A stretch of 62,202 nucleotides of DNA, counting the filler. It is 5 parts of 5 records of this genome, joined end to end, with 100 filler letters (N's around TTAATTAATTAA, not from the genome) between each part and the next. Parts side by side here need not be neighbours in the genome. Positions count along the whole stretch, not along the records: positions 56,923 to 62,202 come from SRR20825019_1984; 4 more parts are not named here. The stretch is one strand, 5' to 3'. The notes below the pieces were generated by a model, which saw only the letters and a list, made by a program, of their open reading frames with translations, made no database searches and was not told where the DNA came from. Shown here piece by piece: positions 57,274-62,202 of the stretch (its first letter is position 1; every line of letters starts with the position of its first letter). Made by a program: the position numbers and the translations under genes.

Positions 57274-58269
57274 ATGGAAAAAATACTGGTAACAGGCGGC
57301 GCCGGATATATCGGATCTCATATATGCCTGAAATTGCAAGAAAGTGGCTATCTGCCGGTGGTTCTTGACAATTTGTCGAACGGTCACCGTGACGCGATTT
57401 CTGGTGATATCCCATTTGTTCATGCAGATATTCGTAATCGCACCGCTCTTGACGATACCTTTAAAAAATTCCAACCAGCTGCCGTCATTCATATGGCTGC
57501 CCTGATTGAGGCAGGTCTTTCGATGCAGGAACCAGCCAGCTTTTACGAGGTGAATACGACCGGCTCATTTAATCTGCTTGAAGCGATGCGTCATCATGAG
57601 TGTCGGCAGATCGTTTTCTCATCAACTGCCGCCATATACGGTAACACCAATCTCGACATGCTTGACGAGACTTTACCGGCTCAGCCTGAAAATCCCTACG
57701 GCCGCTCAAAGGCGATGGTTGAAACAATGATCGCGGACTATTGCGCGTTATATGGTTTTCGTTCCATTGCTCTGCGTTATTTTAATGCCGCGGGTGCGGA
57801 CCCTTCAAGGCGAACCGGTGAAAGACATGATCCGGAAACTCACCTCATTCCGCTTGCTCTATTGGCGGCGGTCGGGCGAAGAGACGGTTTAAAAATATTC
57901 GGCAATGACTATGACACGCCGGATGGAACCTGCATTCGTGACTACGTTCACGTTGATGACCTGGCAGCGGCCCACGTCAGGGCACTTGAGCATATAACAG
58001 GCGAAACAAAACCATTTTTTGATTGCGTCAATATTGGGACGGGCAAAGGCTGTTCTGTACGTGAAATATTGATGCTTTGCAGAGAAGTTACGGGTATCGA
58101 GTTCCCGATATCTGACGCGGCACGCCGCCCGGGCGACCCCGTAAAACTGATTGCCAATCCGGCGAAAGCGAATTCACTATTAAACTGGAAGCCGAAATAT
58201 ACAGACCCACGTGAAACGATTGCTCATGCTTGGGCCTATTATTGTTCTAACGCTCGAAAGTCTGAATGA
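57274..58269 (+). CDS. galE: UDP-glucose 4-epimerase
   Basis: ILVTGGAGYIGSH, FSSTAAIYG, PYGRSK, LRYFNAAGA, DGTCIRDYVHV. Confidence 0.93.
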   Translation: MEKILVTGGAGYIGSHICLKLQESGYLPVVLDNLSNGHRDAISGDIPFVHADIRNRTALDDTFKKFQPAAVIHMAALIEAGLSMQEPASFYEVNTTGSFNLLEAMRHHECRQIVFSSTAAIYGNTNLDMLDETLPAQPENPYGRSKAMVETMIADYCALYGFRSIALRYFNAAGADPSRRTGERHDPETHLIPLALLAAVGRRDGLKIFGNDYDTPDGTCIRDYVHVDDLAAAHVRALEHITGETKPFFDCVNIGTGKGCSVREILMLCREVTGIEFPISDAARRPGDPVKLIANPAKANSLLNWKPKYTDPRETIAHAWAYYCSNARKSE

Positions 58270-58417
58270 ACACAAATTGGTAACCTGTTCATGTGATATA
58301 CGATTTTAATATCTAGAACTTTTTTGTAATTGACGAGACGGAGCGGAAGTCGGCTCCATGCATTATGGACCAGAGGGGATACTGGTTGAATGCGTTCTGT
58401 AATTGGGGGGAAATTAC

Positions 58418-59257
58418 GTGCATAAGGTTTCTGTGATCGTTTCGACCTATAATTGGCCCGAAGCGCTTGAGATGGTCTTGCAGTCGTTAATCGACCAGAA
58501 AGATAGGAACTTCGAGGTGGTCGTCGCAGATGACGGGTCCGGCCCGGAGACGGCAAATACCATTATCCGCATGCAGAAAAAATCACCCGTGCCGATCAAA
58601 CATTTCTGGCAAGAAGATATGGGCTATCGCCTGTCACGTGTCCGCAATGGTGCAATCAAACTCGCAGAGGGCGATATTGTTGTTTTCACCGATGGTGACT
58701 GTTGTCTTCTTCCTGATTTTGTCTCAAACCACCGAAAAGTGGCCGAACCAGGCTGCTTCGTGACCGGCAAGCGCGTTTTTCTTAAACGTCGCTTCACTGA
58801 ATTCGTTATGAAAAAGCGCTTTTCATTTCACAAATGGCCTCGCATCCTTTTGTTCATACTGGGTCTGATGGGACAATGCAATCGCCCCTTCCAGTTTGCC
58901 CCTCTCCCGCAAAACAAGAAAAGCCTTTGGGCGCATCAGAAATGCTGGAAAAAGGCACAAGGGTGCAATATTGCCGCCTTTCGAAATGACATTCTGGCAA
59001 TCGGCGGTTTTGACGAAGCCTATGAGGGACATGGTCTCGAAGATTCCGATTTCGTGCTGCGCATGATCCGATCTGGCGTGAAACGCAAAAGCGTCGAATA
59101 CTGCTCACCCGTTCTGCATCTGTATCACGGACGCTCCATAGGGCAACGTCACGCAAACAAATCAAATAACGGTATGTATTTTAAAGAGCTAGAAGCAGAC
59201 CCGAGCCGCTTCCAACCGAGACAGAGTGAACTCATTCCAATCGCCGCTTCAGCATAA
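58418..59257 (+). CDS. Family 2 glycosyltransferase
   Basis: VSVIVSTYN, VADDGS, FTDGDC, GGFDEAY.GHGLEDSD. Confidence 0.88.
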   Translation: MHKVSVIVSTYNWPEALEMVLQSLIDQKDRNFEVVVADDGSGPETANTIIRMQKKSPVPIKHFWQEDMGYRLSRVRNGAIKLAEGDIVVFTDGDCCLLPDFVSNHRKVAEPGCFVTGKRVFLKRRFTEFVMKKRFSFHKWPRILLFILGLMGQCNRPFQFAPLPQNKKSLWAHQKCWKKAQGCNIAAFRNDILAIGGFDEAYEGHGLEDSDFVLRMIRSGVKRKSVEYCSPVLHLYHGRSIGQRHANKSNNGMYFKELEADPSRFQPRQSELIPIAASA

Positions 59258-59414
59258 AATAGTCCAGTTATCTGCGGGGCTTGGAACAACGCCAATTTCA
59301 AGATAAAAGGACCACCTGATTTTTGCATCCTCGATAGATTTCGAGTGTTTGTGCGTTGTGACAGCCCCGGCAACGGGGCACAGCCTTATCAAAAAGCGAA
59401 AGGGATTTTCCCAC

Positions 59415-59939
59415 ATGGATCTCAGCAAGATTGCCGTTGGCAAAGATGTTCCCTGGGACGTTAACGTCGTCATCGAAATCCCACAGGGCGGACCGATCAA
59501 GTACGAAGTCGACAAAGAATCCGGTGCTGTCTTCGTTGACCGCTTCCTCCATACCTCGATGTATTATCCGGTAAATTACGGTTTCATCCCGAATACCCTT
59601 GGACTGGATGGTGATCCGGTCGATGCCATGGTCATGTTCCGTGAACCGGTTGTTGCTGGCTCGGTCATTCGCGCCCGTCCGGTCGGTGTTCTGATGATGG
59701 AAGACGAGGCCGGGCAGGATGAGAAACTGATCTGCGTGCCGCACGACAAGATCGATCCGTACTATACCGATATCAAATCCCACGAAGATCTTCCGCAGAT
59801 TCTGCGTGATCAGATCCAGCATTTCTTCGAGCGTTACAAAGACCTCGAAAAAGGCAAATGGGTAAAAGTCACCGGTTGGGAAGGCGCTGAGAAGGCCGCC
59901 AAACTGATCGAAGAAGGTGTAGCCCGTCTCGGCAAATAA
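59415..59939 (+). CDS. ppa: Inorganic pyrophosphatase (family I)
   Basis: [42 protein letters not shown]. Confidence 0.96.
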   Translation: MDLSKIAVGKDVPWDVNVVIEIPQGGPIKYEVDKESGAVFVDRFLHTSMYYPVNYGFIPNTLGLDGDPVDAMVMFREPVVAGSVIRARPVGVLMMEDEAGQDEKLICVPHDKIDPYYTDIKSHEDLPQILRDQIQHFFERYKDLEKGKWVKVTGWEGAEKAAKLIEEGVARLGK

Positions 59940-59964
59940 GCCGATTTATGTGCGATGGCTTTCT

Positions 59965-59996
59965 AACGCCCCGCCCGGATTCCGGTGCGGGGCGTT
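59965..59996 (+). terminator. Hairpin terminator after ppa
   Basis: AACGCCCCGC...GCGGGGCGTT stem followed by GTCATTTT. Confidence 0.65.
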
Positions 59997-60309
59997 GTCA
60001 TTTTAACATGACGCCAAAAAACATACATAATCTCAATTCGCTCGGGACTATTGGACAAAGGATTTTTTCCGTGCAGGCGAAGCACGCCTGACGCAGGCAT
60101 TAAGCCTTCCGCCCCTTTCCAAAGATATTTTTGGTTACCTGCGAAACCTGAAAGTCTGCATTCCCGTATCAACTTTGCGTGCAATCATTGTAGCCGATAC
60201 GGCATTGCCACAAATTCACCTTTGTTGTTTCTCAACATCTTAAAGAAATTTTCTGCAAAACGCTTTGGCGACAGCACTTTAGACAACAGGAATTCAGAGT
60301 TTCAGACCA

Positions 60310-60852
60310 ATGCAAAGCAACCTGCAAACCAGTACGCCGTCCGATCCGGTCGAAATGATTGTCTCGACAGATGGATTGCTGCGCTTTGAGGACCGGGAAT
60401 TTCGCTGTGCAATTGGCAAAAACGGTGTGGTCTCTGCCGATGCCAAGACCGAAGGTGACGGTAAAACGCCGGCTGGAACCTGGCGACTGCGTTATGTTAT
60501 GTATCGGTCTGATCGCCGTGCAAGCCCCCATACAGACCTTCCGGTCACCACTATTTCCTTTTCTGATGGCTGGTGCGACGATCCTACCCATCCGGACTAT
60601 AATCGCCCCGTGCGGCTTCCGTTTGATGCCAGCCATGAGAAACTGTTTCGCGACGACGGGCTTTACAACCTCATCGTCGTACTTGGTCACAACGATGATC
60701 CTACCGTCCCGGGAAAAGGGTCGGCGATCTTCATGCATATTGCCCGCCCGGATTATACCGGTACCGAAGGCTGCGTTGCGCTTGGCGAAAAAGATCTCGA
60801 AACCGTTTTGTCCATGTGCACGACTGAAAGCTATATTCGGATCGATATGTAA
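60310..60852 (+). CDS. L,D-transpeptidase-like (YkuD family) protein
   Basis: EGDGKTPAG, GWCDDP, GSAIFMH...TEGCVA. Confidence 0.88.
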   Translation: MQSNLQTSTPSDPVEMIVSTDGLLRFEDREFRCAIGKNGVVSADAKTEGDGKTPAGTWRLRYVMYRSDRRASPHTDLPVTTISFSDGWCDDPTHPDYNRPVRLPFDASHEKLFRDDGLYNLIVVLGHNDDPTVPGKGSAIFMHIARPDYTGTEGCVALGEKDLETVLSMCTTESYIRIDM

Positions 60853-60921
60853 AATCATGGACTTGCCGTTGTGGCAATGACACCCTAGTTTCATGCTGCA
60901 AGCCATTGACCGGGACGGATC

Positions 60922-61896
60922 ATGATTGAAGACGATTATCTATACAAAAAGAACGGTATTTCCGGTTTCGGAGCACGCATCAGGCGTGTTTTCAGCTCCC
61001 GAAAGTTTTGGGTGGGCAGCCTTACCGTTATTGTGTTGGTCGCTGTCATCTATTATCCGGTCGGCATGGCACTGGTGCACAAGATCGACGACAATCCCGA
61101 TTTCACTGGTAATTATCAGGGCGGCAGCCATTCGGTAAGCACCGCATCCGCACTGATAGATCGCGAAATCAATCAGAACCGTTGGACGGCGAACGATCCC
61201 TTCTTCCTGCCGAGTGCCGCACTGGACAATATGCCGAACTTCCAGACGGGTATTGTCTATGCCCTGTCACGCTTTGCAATCGAGTTGTCCGATCAGATTG
61301 GTCGTACGCGTGGCTCAAGCCAGGTTGACCCGGATCTGGATGATGCAGCAGGCCTTCTGAAATTCAGGGGTGACAAATGGGTCTTTGATCCCAGCGTGTC
61401 GCTTTTGCCCGGTGTAACCTCCGAACAGCAATACCGGCAGGCTATTGCAGCGCTTAACCGTTACAATCAGCGCCTGGCAGACGGTCAGGCCGTTTTTGAA
61501 CGCCGTGCTGACAATCTGCAGGAAACGCTGAACCGTTTCGCCAATGATCTTGGATCAGCATCCGCACTGATTGATGACAAGGTCGAAGACCCATCCCTGT
61601 TTGATCGCACTGCTGATGATGTCTTTTATGCCACCAAGGGCCGTCTTTATGCCTATAGCCTGATCCTGCGTGACCTCGGCACCGATTTCGAACAGGTCAT
61701 CAATGAACGTCAGGTAGCACCAGCCTGGGCGGAAATGATCGGCTCGTTGCAGGCAGCAGCGGCTCTTGATCCTCTGGTTGTGGTCAACGGTTCGGCCGAT
61801 GGCATTATTTTCCCAAACCACTTGGCCGGGCTTGGTTTTTATCTGCTGCGCGCCCGTACCCAGATGCGCGAAATCAGCTCTATTCTGCAGCGATAA
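60922..61896 (+). CDS. DUF2333 family protein
   Basis: N-terminal TM; LDNMPNFQTG, GRTRGSSQVDPDL, ADDVFYATKG, PLVVVNG. Confidence 0.8.
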   Translation: MIEDDYLYKKNGISGFGARIRRVFSSRKFWVGSLTVIVLVAVIYYPVGMALVHKIDDNPDFTGNYQGGSHSVSTASALIDREINQNRWTANDPFFLPSAALDNMPNFQTGIVYALSRFAIELSDQIGRTRGSSQVDPDLDDAAGLLKFRGDKWVFDPSVSLLPGVTSEQQYRQAIAALNRYNQRLADGQAVFERRADNLQETLNRFANDLGSASALIDDKVEDPSLFDRTADDVFYATKGRLYAYSLILRDLGTDFEQVINERQVAPAWAEMIGSLQAAAALDPLVVVNGSADGIIFPNHLAGLGFYLLRARTQMREISSILQR

Positions 61897-62058
61897 GACA
61901 GGTTCCCGGTACCGGGTGTCAGATCACGAATACCTGAGTTGCGCGCTCAGACTTGATCTTTTCCTGTTTTTGCCCCATTTAGGGCCTAACCAGATGAAAT
62001 CGGGAACGCCGCGCGGGCAAGATTTGCCCCGGCCCCCAGAGTGAGAGGACAAGCCGAC

Positions 62059-62202
62059 ATGTTCATTCAAACCGAGCCGACTCCGAACCCGGCAACACTG
62101 AAATTCCTGCCCGGCGAAGATGTTATGGGCCGTCAAGGCACCGCCAACTTCACGGCAACCGATACAGATGTAAAATCACCGCTTGCCCGCAAGCTGTTTG
62201 AA
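62059..62202 (+). CDS. NifU/NfuA-family Fe-S scaffold protein, N-terminus (truncated)
   Basis: MFIQTEPTPNPATLKFLPG...SPLARKLFE; GAGG RBS. Confidence 0.9.
   Translation, partial: MFIQTEPTPNPATLKFLPGEDVMGRQGTANFTATDTDVKSPLARKLFE

Overview
This window is not one locus. It is five unrelated contigs joined by four artificial 100-nt spacers (N-run, TTAATTAATTAA, N-run). Contig A (1-9681) is alphaproteobacterial, Rhizobiales-like: phyR/nepR/ecfG general-stress cluster with back-to-back EcfG promoters, S49 peptidase, putP, and glyQ-lemA-aroA-DUF2207-glyS, where a second-type (G2-like) EPSP synthase sits inside the operon. Contigs B, C and D (9782-22933, 23034-30964, 31065-56822) come from a compact-genome, probably flagellated, unidentified microbial eukaryote with mostly 50-75 nt spliceosomal introns. 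Genes include TRM6, HRQ1 with a Cdt1-like N-terminus, a LIM/DA1-like protein, FANCD2, an IQ protein, a GYF_2-TPR-CHAT-CaaX protein, SCYL2, PSMB3, RPN7, a TPR/MYND-like protein, a thioesterase, SulP-STAS-cNMP and two p25alpha/TPPP proteins. The most striking unexplained signal is architectural: genes are mostly head-to-head around sharply bounded GC-rich islands (about 90% GC in the cores I counted), and tail-to-tail with tiny gaps. Two proteases appear catalytically dead (CHAT Cys to Ala; DA1 HExxH to HALGH). Contig E (56923-62202) is ordinary alphaproteobacterial DNA (LysR end, galE, GT2, ppa, YkuD, DUF2333, NifU start). Family calls come from recognising motifs, not from database searches, and the eukaryotic exon boundaries were inferred by hand.
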